Shown here: in pieces, positions 1-8,594 of the stretch | Position numbering within the stretch: the first letter of the stretch is position 1 | Layout of the letters: the number at the start of each line of letters is the position of its first letter | From: Eubacteriales bacterium | GTDB taxonomy: Bacteria > Bacillota > Clostridia > Oscillospirales > CAG-272 | Direction: 5' to 3' | DNA: 64,000 bases | Assembly: GCA_045631445.1 (NCBI GenBank) | Contig: JAZQUS010000102.1 | Span: forward strand, 23,916-87,915 | Notes under the pieces: model-generated | The model's input: the letters and a program-made list of their open reading frames with translations, nothing else | The model's database searches: none | What the model was told of the DNA's origin: nothing | Translations under genes and position numbers: made by a program

Positions 1-53
1 AACGTCGCTTTTTCAACCGCCGGCCCACAAATCTGCAGACCGGCCTGTTTGTT

Positions 54-1037
54 TTAGTTATAGGTTACTGTGCCGTCTTTGGAAATTTGACCGTCGGTGC
101 AATAGATTGTGTATTCAGGAGAACCTTCATCCCAATTACTATATTTGTTAATACTGTCCCACTCTTCTATTGTGCCTCTATAACGAATAGTTGTTAAATT
201 CGGGGAATTGTATAAAATACCGCCATAGATATATGAAACTGATTTAGGTATATATAGTTCATGAATAAATTCATTGAATCCAAAAGCTCCGGGTTCAATC
301 CAAATTGTTCCGAATGGTATTTCATATGAATAATCATTTTTGGAACAAGGATATGCTCCAATTCCAACACCATCAATATCAGCAAAAAGAACACCATCTA
401 TTGATTTACAGAAAGAATGATTTGGATCTACATATATATTTTCTATCGAGGTTTGGGAAAAAGCAAGAAATCCTAACGAAGAACACTGCTTAGGCAAAGT
501 AATTGAAGTTAATGAATAACATCCAAAAAATGCATATTCAGAAATACGCAAATCTCGATTGCTTTTGGCAAACGAAACATTTTTAAGATTAATACAATAT
601 CCAAATGCTTCAATACCTATATATGTAACAGTCGATGGTATGGTTATTTCTTGCAAAGACCTACAGGCAAAAAATGCTCCATTGCCTATTGATTCTAAAG
701 AAGATGATGTATCTAACCCTACTACGCATTCAAGATTATAACAATCAGCAAAAGCCCTTTCTCCTATTTCAATAACTGTTGCGGGCATGAAAACTGTTTT
801 TATATTTGATGAATTAAATGCTTTATCGGCAATTGCTGTTACTGTATATTCCCCTATTTTTTCAGGTATTACGATTTCATCTCCCTCATAATCGCCAATT
901 CCCGTTATTGTGCAGGTTTTTTTATCGCTATTTATTTCATATTCTAATTCATTCGAATTAGAACTTAAACAAGCTGTAAATATCGACGTTGCACATAGAA
1001 TCAAAACTATGATATGGAATTTTATCGAAAATTTCAT
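54..1037 (-). CDS. BspA-type leucine-rich-repeat surface lipoprotein
   Basis: 327-aa ORF. N-terminal signal peptide with lipobox (SIFTAC). Repeated ~23-aa units with the IG.xAF..C..L pattern (IGERAFADCYNL, IGNGAFFACRSL, IGIEAFGYCINL) typical of BspA/LRR_5 repeats. Confidence 0.7.
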   Translation of the reverse strand: MKFSIKFHIIVLILCATSIFTACLSSNSNELEYEINSDKKTCTITGIGDYEGDEIVIPEKIGEYTVTAIADKAFNSSNIKTVFMPATVIEIGERAFADCYNLECVVGLDTSSSLESIGNGAFFACRSLQEITIPSTVTYIGIEAFGYCINLKNVSFAKSNRDLRISEYAFFGCYSLTSITLPKQCSSLGFLAFSQTSIENIYVDPNHSFCKSIDGVLFADIDGVGIGAYPCSKNDYSYEIPFGTIWIEPGAFGFNEFIHELYIPKSVSYIYGGILYNSPNLTTIRYRGTIEEWDSINKYSNWDEGSPEYTIYCTDGQISKDGTVTYN

Positions 1038-1212
1038 TGTAGAACCTCTCTTGATTATTTTTAGTCAAAGTAAAGATGTAAACCGTTTGGAATTTCGGGA
1101 TCAAGATAAGAAGTGTCGTCAGGAGAAATAAATCTTCTCCACTCGGGAGAGTAGTATCTTGCATTGAGGTAATACCAACCACTTTCTTGATCGAAGTAAT
1201 TATTTCCAATTC

Positions 1213-1242
1213 CATTATATACGTATTGGAAGGTTTTGTCAA
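1213..1242 (-). promoter_or_regulatory. sigma-A-type promoter candidate for the LRR lipoprotein gene (TTGACA-N18-TATAAT)
   Basis: On the minus strand, TTGACA is the reverse complement of 1237-1242 and TATAAT of 1213-1218, with an 18-nt spacer. It lies ~175 nt upstream of the ATG at 1037. Confidence 0.45.
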
Positions 1243-1244
1243 GG

Positions 1245-1285
1245 AAGAATCATAATCACCAGTTTCACTGGTGATTATGATTCTT
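1245..1285. terminator. Perfect 17-18 bp inverted repeat hairpin spanning the stop codon of the GTPase-NYN gene
   Basis: AGAATCATAATCACCAG (1246-1262), loop TTTCA, CTGGTGATTATGATTCT (1268-1284). The TAA stop (1275-1277, minus) lies inside the 3' arm. The U-tail is only weak on the minus strand; a T-run follows on the plus strand. Confidence 0.5.
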
Positions 1286-3857
1286 GTTTTTCCGCCAATT
1301 TCTTCACAAAATCAGTTATCTCATTTCCAACAGTAATCAGCTCGTCAACGAATTCTTTTGTGGTCATTCGTGAAATGCCCGAATGAACTGCTGCAAATTG
1401 AACGAGACGGTCACCTGTAACAACTCTAATCTTGTAATTAGGTCCAAGCTCGTGCATCATTCTTTCGATGTAGGCATCGGCGGTTTGATTTTCCTTTGTG
1501 AATACCACCTTATAGCCATCATTTTCAAATTCAGAACCAATGCCTTCTTTAACAAGATAAGCATCAAATACAAGAAACAATTTTTCTTTTGTGAAAGCAA
1601 CGTAATTCGACAAAATATCCATCAAAGTTTCACGCGCCTTTTCAAGTGAATAATCCGAAATTTCCTTCAATGTATCCCAAGAGTAAATAAGGTTGTAACC
1701 GTCAATTATAATCATACTTTCTTGCTTGACTAAAAGCTTTTTATTCGGCTTAATCTTGCCTGCAGAAATCACCTTTGGCTCACTATATTTTTTTCGTCTA
1801 ATCGGTCCAAAGGTACGCATCATTATTGCCTCAACCTCTTCTTCGGAAAGTGAGTAATTCTTGGCAAGTGAAGCCACTCTTGGAATAATAGCAACCTCAT
1901 TTTGAGAAAGGGAAATACCCGCATCGAGATGCTTGTATTGTTCAACCTCGCGCCAATTTACCACAAATCCTGCACCATGAGCGCAGAAAACCGAATGAGG
2001 AGAGTTATCCGTATCACCTTCGGGGTCATAACCCTTTTGGGTAACTATTTCCTCTTGATTGTGGCATTCGTCATATCCGTCGCTTACACAAGTTAGTCGA
2101 CCAAGACCGCGCGTATATGAAATAACCTCTCCCACGTAATCGTGAAGTGTGGCAACAGGCGCACGACCTGTAATATTTGTGAAATCCTCGGTTGTGCTTT
2201 CAATTTCAAACTCCGCACTCCTCATTTGCAAATCGTTCATTGCTCTGCCAACAAGAGAGGAGGGAATTTCAAGTCTAAATTTGTAATATGGCTCAAGAAG
2301 TGTGCAACCACCAACCATAAGTCCGTGACGAACTGCGCGCAATGTTGCTTCTCTAAAATCTCCACCCTCTGTGTGCTTCAGGTGTGATTTGCCTGCCACA
2401 AGCGTAATTTTAGTGTCCGTAAGCAACGCACCCGTAAGAACTCCGCGATGATTTTTCTCATATAAATGCGACAAAATAAGACGTTGCCAGTTTGTCGCAA
2501 GCATATTTTCGGGAATCTTTGTGTCAAAAATCAAACCTGTACCCTTGGGTTGCGGCTCTAGTAAGAGCTGCACCTCGGCATAGTGACGTAGTGGCTCAAA
2601 ATGTCCAATACCGATTGCTTTTGACTTTATTTTTTCTTTATAAAGAATGTTACCCGCACCAAATTGACACTCAATATTGAATCTGTCAAAAATCAATCTT
2701 TTCAAAAGATCAATTTGTATCTCTCCCATAAGTCGCGCTTCAATTTGCGATAATTCTTCATTCCAATAGAGATGAAGGGAAGGTTCTTCCTCTTCAAGTT
2801 CTTTTAACTTTGGAAAGTATAAATTCGCGTCGCTACCATCAGGAAGAATTATCCTATAAGACAACACAGGCTCGAGAACTGGCTTGCAAGTATCAGATTC
2901 CATTCCAATTCCTTGACCTGCATAAGTGGACGAAAGTCCAATTATAGCGCAAATTTCTCCTGCACTTACAGACTCAACCTGTTCAAATTTATCCCCCGAA
3001 TAAAGTCGTATTTGACTAACTTTTTCTGTAACTCTATTGCCATCGGCAGTTAAATATGAAATTTCATCACGTGCAGATAAAGTCCCGCTTGTCAACTTCA
3101 TATAGGAAAGTCGAGTGTTGCCTGAACGAGCAATCTTATATACCTTTGCGCCAAAATTACGATTATCATATATAGGAGAAAGAGAGTATTTATCAATAAC
3201 CTCAATTAAAAAGTCAATTCCTGACATTCTAAGCGCCGATCCAAAAACAACGGGGAATAAAGCTCTATCTGAAATAAGAGTAGCTATTTCTCCGTCATCA
3301 ATAGGAATTTCGGCAAGAAAATCCTCTAAAAACGCTTCATTTACAAGAGCTAATTTCTCATCAAGCTCGTGCTTTGATTGAGTGTCAAAAAAAGCAATGC
3401 AATTAGGAGATAAAACTGAACAAATCTCTGCTTCCTGTTCATCCTTTGTCTTTATTGCAATGTCACTTTTGTTAACGAAAATAAAGGTAGGAATATTGTA
3501 GTATTCAAGCAAATTCCAAAGTGTACGCGTGTGGTTTTGAACTCCGTCCGCCGCACTTATAACCAAAATTGCATAATCCAAAAGGGAAAGAACACGCTCG
3601 GTTTCGGCAGAAAAATCAACGTGTCCGGGTGTATCAAGGAGAATAAAATCACAGTTTTCGCTACTAAAACGCGCCTGCTTTGAAAAGATGGTTATACCAC
3701 GCTCGCGTTCAACCGCATTAGTATCAAGAAAAGTGTTCTTGTGATCAACTCGTCCAAGAGTCCTAATCTTGCCCGAAATATAGAGCAACGCCTCGGAAAG
3801 CGTAGTTTTTCCTGCATCAACGTGCGCAAGAATTCCAATAGTTAGCTTCTTTTTCAT
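1275..3857 (-). CDS. EF-G/TetM-like translational GTPase fused to a C-terminal YacP/Rae1-type NYN ribonuclease domain
   Basis: 860-aa ORF. G1 AHVDAGKT, G2 RGITI, G3 DTPGH, G4 NKSD. Colinear similarity to domains II-V of ribosomal-protection/EF-G GTPases. The last 146 aa (nt 1278-1716) match YacP/Rae1 (IIDGYNLIY, LVFDAY, FTKENQTADAYIE, VVTGD). RBS AAAGGAGAAG lies upstream of the ATG. Confidence 0.85.
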   Translation of the reverse strand: MKKKLTIGILAHVDAGKTTLSEALLYISGKIRTLGRVDHKNTFLDTNAVERERGITIFSKQARFSSENCDFILLDTPGHVDFSAETERVLSLLDYAILVISAADGVQNHTRTLWNLLEYYNIPTFIFVNKSDIAIKTKDEQEAEICSVLSPNCIAFFDTQSKHELDEKLALVNEAFLEDFLAEIPIDDGEIATLISDRALFPVVFGSALRMSGIDFLIEVIDKYSLSPIYDNRNFGAKVYKIARSGNTRLSYMKLTSGTLSARDEISYLTADGNRVTEKVSQIRLYSGDKFEQVESVSAGEICAIIGLSSTYAGQGIGMESDTCKPVLEPVLSYRIILPDGSDANLYFPKLKELEEEEPSLHLYWNEELSQIEARLMGEIQIDLLKRLIFDRFNIECQFGAGNILYKEKIKSKAIGIGHFEPLRHYAEVQLLLEPQPKGTGLIFDTKIPENMLATNWQRLILSHLYEKNHRGVLTGALLTDTKITLVAGKSHLKHTEGGDFREATLRAVRHGLMVGGCTLLEPYYKFRLEIPSSLVGRAMNDLQMRSAEFEIESTTEDFTNITGRAPVATLHDYVGEVISYTRGLGRLTCVSDGYDECHNQEEIVTQKGYDPEGDTDNSPHSVFCAHGAGFVVNWREVEQYKHLDAGISLSQNEVAIIPRVASLAKNYSLSEEEVEAIMMRTFGPIRRKKYSEPKVISAGKIKPNKKLLVKQESMIIIDGYNLIYSWDTLKEISDYSLEKARETLMDILSNYVAFTKEKLFLVFDAYLVKEGIGSEFENDGYKVVFTKENQTADAYIERMMHELGPNYKIRVVTGDRLVQFAAVHSGISRMTTKEFVDELITVGNEITDFVKKLAEKQES

Positions 3858-3966
3858 TTTCTTCTCCTTTCACATAAATTTTCTTAATTATATCATAAAA
3901 CCTCCTCAAATTCAAGCATAAAAAGCAAAATGCAACCCTAAGTAGCAAAAAAGCAACTAAAAAGTA

Positions 3967-3994
3967 TTGCAAATTTCTTCATTTGTGCTATAAT
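3967..3994 (+). promoter_or_regulatory. sigma-A-type promoter candidate (TTGCAA-N16-TGcTATAAT) for the LiaF-like operon
   Basis: TTGCAA at 3967-3972 and TATAAT at 3989-3994, preceded by a TGc extended -10. It lies ~30 nt upstream of the RBS AGGAG (4011-4015). Confidence 0.5.
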
Positions 3995-4023
3995 TAAAGC
4001 ATAAACCGAAAGGAGAAATGTTT

Positions 4024-4704
4024 ATGAAAAACTTAAAACGAACAATATGGGGCATCGTCCTCGTTATAGCGGCGGTAATTCTCGCACTCAACTCATTTGG
4101 CGTTATCAATTTCGACCTCTTTTTTGACGGTTGGTGGACTCTCTTCATCATCATTCCGTCATTCGTGGGCTTAATTCAGGACAGAAACAAGGGCGGAGCC
4201 GTATTTGGACTTTGCATAGGTATTTTATTGCTTCTTTCCGCACAGGAAATCATTAGCTGGGATATGATTTGGAAGATTTCGCTACCCGTTTTTATCGGCC
4301 TTGTTGGCTTGAAAATGATTTTCTCATCCTTCAAAAAGGATAAAACCGACAGAATAATCAAGGAAATCAAAAAGGAAGGCAAAAATCTTCAGCAGGGTAC
4401 GGCGGTATTCTGCGGAACTGAAATGGATTTTGATAATGTTGTGTTCGAGGGAGCGGATTTAACTGCAGTTTTCGGAGGCATTGACTGTGACCTCAGAAAC
4501 GCGATTATTGACCGCGACTGTGTAATAAAGGTTTGCTGTGTTTTTGGCGGCGTTGATATTCTCGTTCCCGATAACGTAAAAATTGTAACCAATACAACCT
4601 CAGTTTTCGGCGGTGTTGAGGTTATGAAAAACCACGATAATTCTGCAATTCACACTATCTACGTTGAGGGCTTATGCACCTTCGGAGGAGTTGATATTAA
4701 ATGA
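4024..4704 (+). CDS. LiaF-like membrane protein (cell-wall-active antibiotic response, DUF2154-type C-terminal domain)
   Basis: N-terminal TM helices. The C-terminal repeat pattern VFGGIDCDL..., VFGGVDILVP..., SVFGGVEV, TFGGVDIK is typical of the LiaF C-domain. Start moved to the ATG at 4024, 8 nt after AGGAG; the ORF-track start at 4018 is too close to the RBS. Confidence 0.65.
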   Translation: MKNLKRTIWGIVLVIAAVILALNSFGVINFDLFFDGWWTLFIIIPSFVGLIQDRNKGGAVFGLCIGILLLLSAQEIISWDMIWKISLPVFIGLVGLKMIFSSFKKDKTDRIIKEIKKEGKNLQQGTAVFCGTEMDFDNVVFEGADLTAVFGGIDCDLRNAIIDRDCVIKVCCVFGGVDILVPDNVKIVTNTTSVFGGVEVMKNHDNSAIHTIYVEGLCTFGGVDIK

Positions 4705-5450
4705 CGCATTTTCAAAGAGTTATAAAATATTTTGCGCTTTTTTTGGCTTTTTCCTTGGCTGCGGCAATAATTTTTGGAGGTATTGGTCTTATGGGAACGA
4801 TTTTTGGAATTAGTAATAATAGCGTGCTTGACGAGATGTATTCAATAGAGCTTTCACAAAATATTGAAAGAATTGATATTGATCTTTCTGCAGCGAGCTT
4901 AAAAATAGTTCTCGGTGATAAATTTGCATTATCAACGAATATAGGAAAATTAAACGTAACAAGCGATTCCACGCTAAAAATCAAACAAAAGCAACATCAA
5001 GTATTTTCCATCAATTACGGAAAAAGCGGTGAAATCATTCTTACCATACCCTCCGACGCAATGTTCCTGTCCTTCGAGCTTGATGCGGGCGCGGGCTCAA
5101 TTGAAATTGAACGTCTTAATTCCCAAAGCGTTGAAATTGATGCAGGCGCAGGTTCTATCAATATAAAAGGCGGAGAAATTGAACGCCTCGATCTCGACCT
5201 CGGCGTCGGAAAAGCCAATATAACCTCTGCAATCAAGGGCAAATCAAATATTGATTGCGGAGTTGGTGAAACCAATATCAATCTTATTGGCAAAATGGAC
5301 GATTATACGCTTGATATAGATACGGGCATTGGCTCAATCACCTTAAACGGTACCGATATAAAAGGTAATACGAAAATCGGCAACGGTCAATATAAGCTTG
5401 AAATTGACGGCGGAGTCGGTGCAATAAATATCAATTTTATCAATGAATAA
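4701..5450 (+). CDS. DUF4097/LiaG-like beta-strand repeat protein with N-terminal TM anchor
   Basis: ATGA overlap with the upstream gene. Repeated D.G.G.I.I units (DAGAGSIEIE, DAGAGSINIK, DLGVGKANIT, DCGVGETNIN, DTGIGSITLN, DGGVGAININ). Confidence 0.65.
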   Translation: MTHFQRVIKYFALFLAFSLAAAIIFGGIGLMGTIFGISNNSVLDEMYSIELSQNIERIDIDLSAASLKIVLGDKFALSTNIGKLNVTSDSTLKIKQKQHQVFSINYGKSGEIILTIPSDAMFLSFELDAGAGSIEIERLNSQSVEIDAGAGSINIKGGEIERLDLDLGVGKANITSAIKGKSNIDCGVGETNINLIGKMDDYTLDIDTGIGSITLNGTDIKGNTKIGNGQYKLEIDGGVGAININFINE

Positions 5451-5994
5451 ATACGAATACGTGCTTAAAAGAAGCAAAAGAAAAAGTATTTCCGTTGAGA
5501 TTAGCAGAGAAGCAAAAATAATAGTCCGCGCTCCGCTAAAAATGAGTGTTAAAGACATTGAGGCGTTCCTGAATTCTAAAAGCCAATGGATTGATAAGCA
5601 TCTTTCTGATGCAAAAGATAAGCTCGCAACAATGTCCAGGAAACTAAGCGAAGCAGAGAAAAACGAGCTAAGAAAAAATGCTAAAATTGTTATAACTAAA
5701 CGAGTTGAATATTTTGCAAAAATTATGAATGTTCAATATAATCGAATCTCCATAAAATTCCAAAAAACTCGTTTTGGAAGCTGCTCAACAAAGAAAAATC
5801 TAAATTTTAATGCGCTTGTGGCTCTTATGCCAAGTGAAATTCTTGATTACGTTATCGTTCACGAGCTTGCGCACCTTATTGAGATGAACCATTCGAAACG
5901 TTTTTGGAAAGAGGTTGAAAATATTCTACCAAGCTATAAAACCCAACGCAAATGGCTAAAGGAAAACGGAACTAAATATATGATGTTAATATAA
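5443..5994 (+). CDS. YgjP-like (DUF45/M48-related) metal-dependent hydrolase
   Basis: HELAHLIEMNHSKRFW zinc motif near the C-terminus, length ~180 aa, 8-nt overlap with the upstream gene. Confidence 0.7.
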   Translation: MNKYEYVLKRSKRKSISVEISREAKIIVRAPLKMSVKDIEAFLNSKSQWIDKHLSDAKDKLATMSRKLSEAEKNELRKNAKIVITKRVEYFAKIMNVQYNRISIKFQKTRFGSCSTKKNLNFNALVALMPSEILDYVIVHELAHLIEMNHSKRFWKEVENILPSYKTQRKWLKENGTKYMMLI

Positions 5995-5999
5995 AAATT

Positions 6000-6029
6000 A
6001 AGGGGCTCAATTAGAGCCCCTTAATTTTT
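6000..6029. terminator. Bidirectional intrinsic terminator
   Basis: AAGGGGCTC (6000-6008), loop AATTA, GAGCCCCTT (6014-6022), followed by a T-run. It sits between convergent genes. Confidence 0.8.
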
Positions 6030-6647
6030 TTAGTTAAATGTGTATGTAATTACAACTGTATTTCCGTTATTCGTAACGTAAGTAACCTGCATTGATATGG
6101 GTGCATTCACGCCATATTCAAGAGTAAAGCTTGATTCGCTTGCTTCAACGTTCAAGCCCATAAATCCGTCAAGAGAAGTGATTTTTCCCATAAATTTTCC
6201 GGGAATAATCATATCGTTATCAATATAATTATAAGAAAATTTAAATTTTGGAACATCAAAGTTCATAAACGAAGCAGAAGCTGACGTTGAAGGAATAATC
6301 GCACTTGCGGGAGTTAATTTATCCGCTTCACAAGTTCCTTCATAAACCGACTTATAGCTATCGGGCACCGTAATTGCTTCGTCATCAAGATTGAAGGTGT
6401 TCAAAACCTCAACTCTATAAGAAACTGTTTTCACTCCGTCAACGGTTGCAATAACGTATTTGTCATTAATTACGCATCCATTTTTAGAGGTTGTATCAAC
6501 AGTAATTGTGTAATTACTGAAAGCCATATCAAACATCGTATTGAATTTAGCAAATTCGGGATTCTCCTCTATGGTATTATCCTTACAAGAGGGGAGGAAA
6601 ATAACCATTGAGAATATTAACAATAAACATAATAAAATTCTTTTCAT
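6030..6647 (-). CDS. Lipoprotein of unknown function, co-transcribed with the endonuclease-I gene
   Basis: MKRILLCLLLIFSMVIFLPSC signal peptide with lipobox. GGAGG RBS 5 nt upstream of the ATG at 6647. Only 12 nt separate it from the upstream stop. Confidence 0.6.
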   Translation of the reverse strand: MKRILLCLLLIFSMVIFLPSCKDNTIEENPEFAKFNTMFDMAFSNYTITVDTTSKNGCVINDKYVIATVDGVKTVSYRVEVLNTFNLDDEAITVPDSYKSVYEGTCEADKLTPASAIIPSTSASASFMNFDVPKFKFSYNYIDNDMIIPGKFMGKITSLDGFMGLNVEASESSFTLEYGVNAPISMQVTYVTNNGNTVVITYTFN

Positions 6648-6659
6648 ATTAACCTCCAA

Positions 6660-8393
6660 TTAAAAATCCTTCTTTTTCAAAAGCATTAATGCTGCAAAGG
6701 AAACAGCCGCAGTGCTAATTGAAATAGAAATTAAAATATTATTTATAGCAACTGATTCATCGTTTGCAGTAATAGCTTCTTCATTATATTCAGAAACCAA
6801 GCTCTTGAATTTTGCGTATTGTTCACTAAGCGAATCCTTATCTGCTTGTGAAAGACTGTTATATATATTGATTGCCTTGCAAATCTTTTGATATTTTTCT
6901 TCACCGGAAACAGTACCGTTGTTCAATTCAACAACTATATTAGCAAAATCATCCTTAGTACCTACGGGTGTTGTAGGTTCTTTCTGACCGCAAACAGTGC
7001 AGAGCCCATTTTCGTATGCGTGATTTACAGTGTTGGTATAAGAATCAATATAAGAATCACCGCAATCACAGGTATGAGTTGTATAACCCTGAGATGTGCA
7101 AGTGGGTTTGGTCACAACGGATGTATATGAGTGAGTATGATCATACTTGATAACAATCGTTTCCGTATTTCCGCAGACAGAACAATCTCTGTGCTTGGAT
7201 CCGTCCTCGGTTGCAGTTGCTTCCTTGTCAATAATCCACGCACCATAAGAGTGACCTAGAGCAGAAATAGTAGTTGTTTTAGTTGTTGAACAACGTGTGC
7301 AGGTAATTGTGTTAACACCGTTAGTTGTACAACCTGCAGGCGTTGTCACCTCACCGTTATTCCAAGAGTGGCCCAATGCTTCAACCATTGTTTTTCCACA
7401 TTTTGTACAAGTTTGTGTAGTTGTACAAGTAGCAGAACTACCGCCTACGTGATCACATCCACCACCGCTTGCTTCACCGGATGGAGAAACAAGCTCATCA
7501 GGAACCTCACGTCCGAAAACGAGCCAAGCGTATTCGGGATAATCGATAAACACGTTTCTGTTACCCTGAATATCCTGAACTACCTCATTTCTTCCAAGCT
7601 CCCAAGTGTCAACGGGGTCAATAAGCATCCATTCAAGAAGAACGTCAACACTCTGGAATACTTCAGTAACGGAATCAGCGCCCCAAGATGAGCCCCATCT
7701 AATCCAAACGTAGAGAACGATTCTTGCAACGTCACCTTTAACGTTATCAAGAGGTTCAAAATATGTAGAGTTGTAATAACCGCCAAGATAACCAGTAGCT
7801 GGGTTGGAACCGTATTTTGCTGTTCCACCATTTGTGTTACCATACTTTTTATTTCCACGAGTACTGTTAACTACAGCATCAGAGGGACGAATGTGATGCA
7901 AGTCAGCACCACCACCACTTGTATTACCACCACCGAGAGATTGAGGCCAAACGTGTTCGCGGTTCCATCCATTCCACTGACTCATAGTAGCGGAATAATT
8001 AGTATAAATAAGGGAAACTCTTCCATCTTCGTTTTCACAGTCTGTTCTGTCTACTTTGTAATGACAGTCATTGTAAGAAGATATGTAGGAGTGTGTGCTC
8101 TTCATAAGAGTAGCAAGCGCACTTTTAATTTCATTAGCGCTCTTTTCGGAAAGCACATCGTATTCATAGCTTCCGCTATAGTAAGCATCCGCGCTCGTGC
8201 CGTTAAGAGTAGTAGCCACAACGTCTCGCTGACCTGAATTGTATTGACTTGAATACTTTGATGGTTGTCCTGCAGCTTGTTGTATGCTTGTGTCAACTTC
8301 AACAGGGGTAAATGCAAAAACACTTACAACAGTTGACTGAACGAGCATAACAAGAACAAGGAACAATGTTAATAATTTGAGAATTTTGTTCAT
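6660..8393 (-). CDS. Secreted endonuclease-I/Bsn-type nuclease with Cys-rich repeat region and C-terminal TM anchor
   Basis: Signal peptide. NREHVWPQSLGG and DLHHIRPSDAVVNSTRGN motifs of the Endonuclease_1 (Bsn/YurI-like) family. Residues ~312-470 contain repeated (A)LGHS(W/Y)...C..C modules. Hydrophobic tail ILISISISTAAVSFAALMLL followed by KKKDF. Confidence 0.8.
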   Translation of the reverse strand: MNKILKLLTLFLVLVMLVQSTVVSVFAFTPVEVDTSIQQAAGQPSKYSSQYNSGQRDVVATTLNGTSADAYYSGSYEYDVLSEKSANEIKSALATLMKSTHSYISSYNDCHYKVDRTDCENEDGRVSLIYTNYSATMSQWNGWNREHVWPQSLGGGNTSGGGADLHHIRPSDAVVNSTRGNKKYGNTNGGTAKYGSNPATGYLGGYYNSTYFEPLDNVKGDVARIVLYVWIRWGSSWGADSVTEVFQSVDVLLEWMLIDPVDTWELGRNEVVQDIQGNRNVFIDYPEYAWLVFGREVPDELVSPSGEASGGGCDHVGGSSATCTTTQTCTKCGKTMVEALGHSWNNGEVTTPAGCTTNGVNTITCTRCSTTKTTTISALGHSYGAWIIDKEATATEDGSKHRDCSVCGNTETIVIKYDHTHSYTSVVTKPTCTSQGYTTHTCDCGDSYIDSYTNTVNHAYENGLCTVCGQKEPTTPVGTKDDFANIVVELNNGTVSGEEKYQKICKAINIYNSLSQADKDSLSEQYAKFKSLVSEYNEEAITANDESVAINNILISISISTAAVSFAALMLLKKKDF

Positions 8394-8535
8394 ATTAACC
8401 TCCGTGAAGACAAATTTTTACAAATAATTATACCATAAAATTCAGAGAAATAAAAGACCTTTTGCAAAAATTATTAAAATATTTTTTAAACTGTCGAATA
8501 TATTTTTAAATTTGACATTTTTATTGAAATATCTA

Positions 8536-8564
8536 TTGAAAAATATATTTTTTTGTGATATACT
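8536..8564 (+). promoter_or_regulatory. sigma-A-type promoter candidate (TTGAAA-N17-TATACT)
   Basis: TTGAAA at 8536-8541, TATACT at 8559-8564, with TGtGa just upstream of the -10. It lies ~30 nt upstream of the PspC-domain gene start. Confidence 0.45.
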
Positions 8565-8594
8565 GTATGCATCAACTTGATAGGAGGATTTCAA

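Noticed and set aside
958-1242. 94-aa minus-strand ORF and 73-aa plus-strand ORF (910-1131) upstream of the LRR gene.
   Set aside because: They overlap the LRR gene start and its promoter/leader. They have no RBS or recognisable motifs.
1275-3857. Calling the GTPase a tetracycline-resistance tet(M)/tet(O) gene.
   Set aside because: The similarity is at family level only. The ORF is ~220 aa longer than Tet ribosomal-protection proteins and carries a NYN nuclease domain. No mobile-element context (Tn916-like genes) is present.
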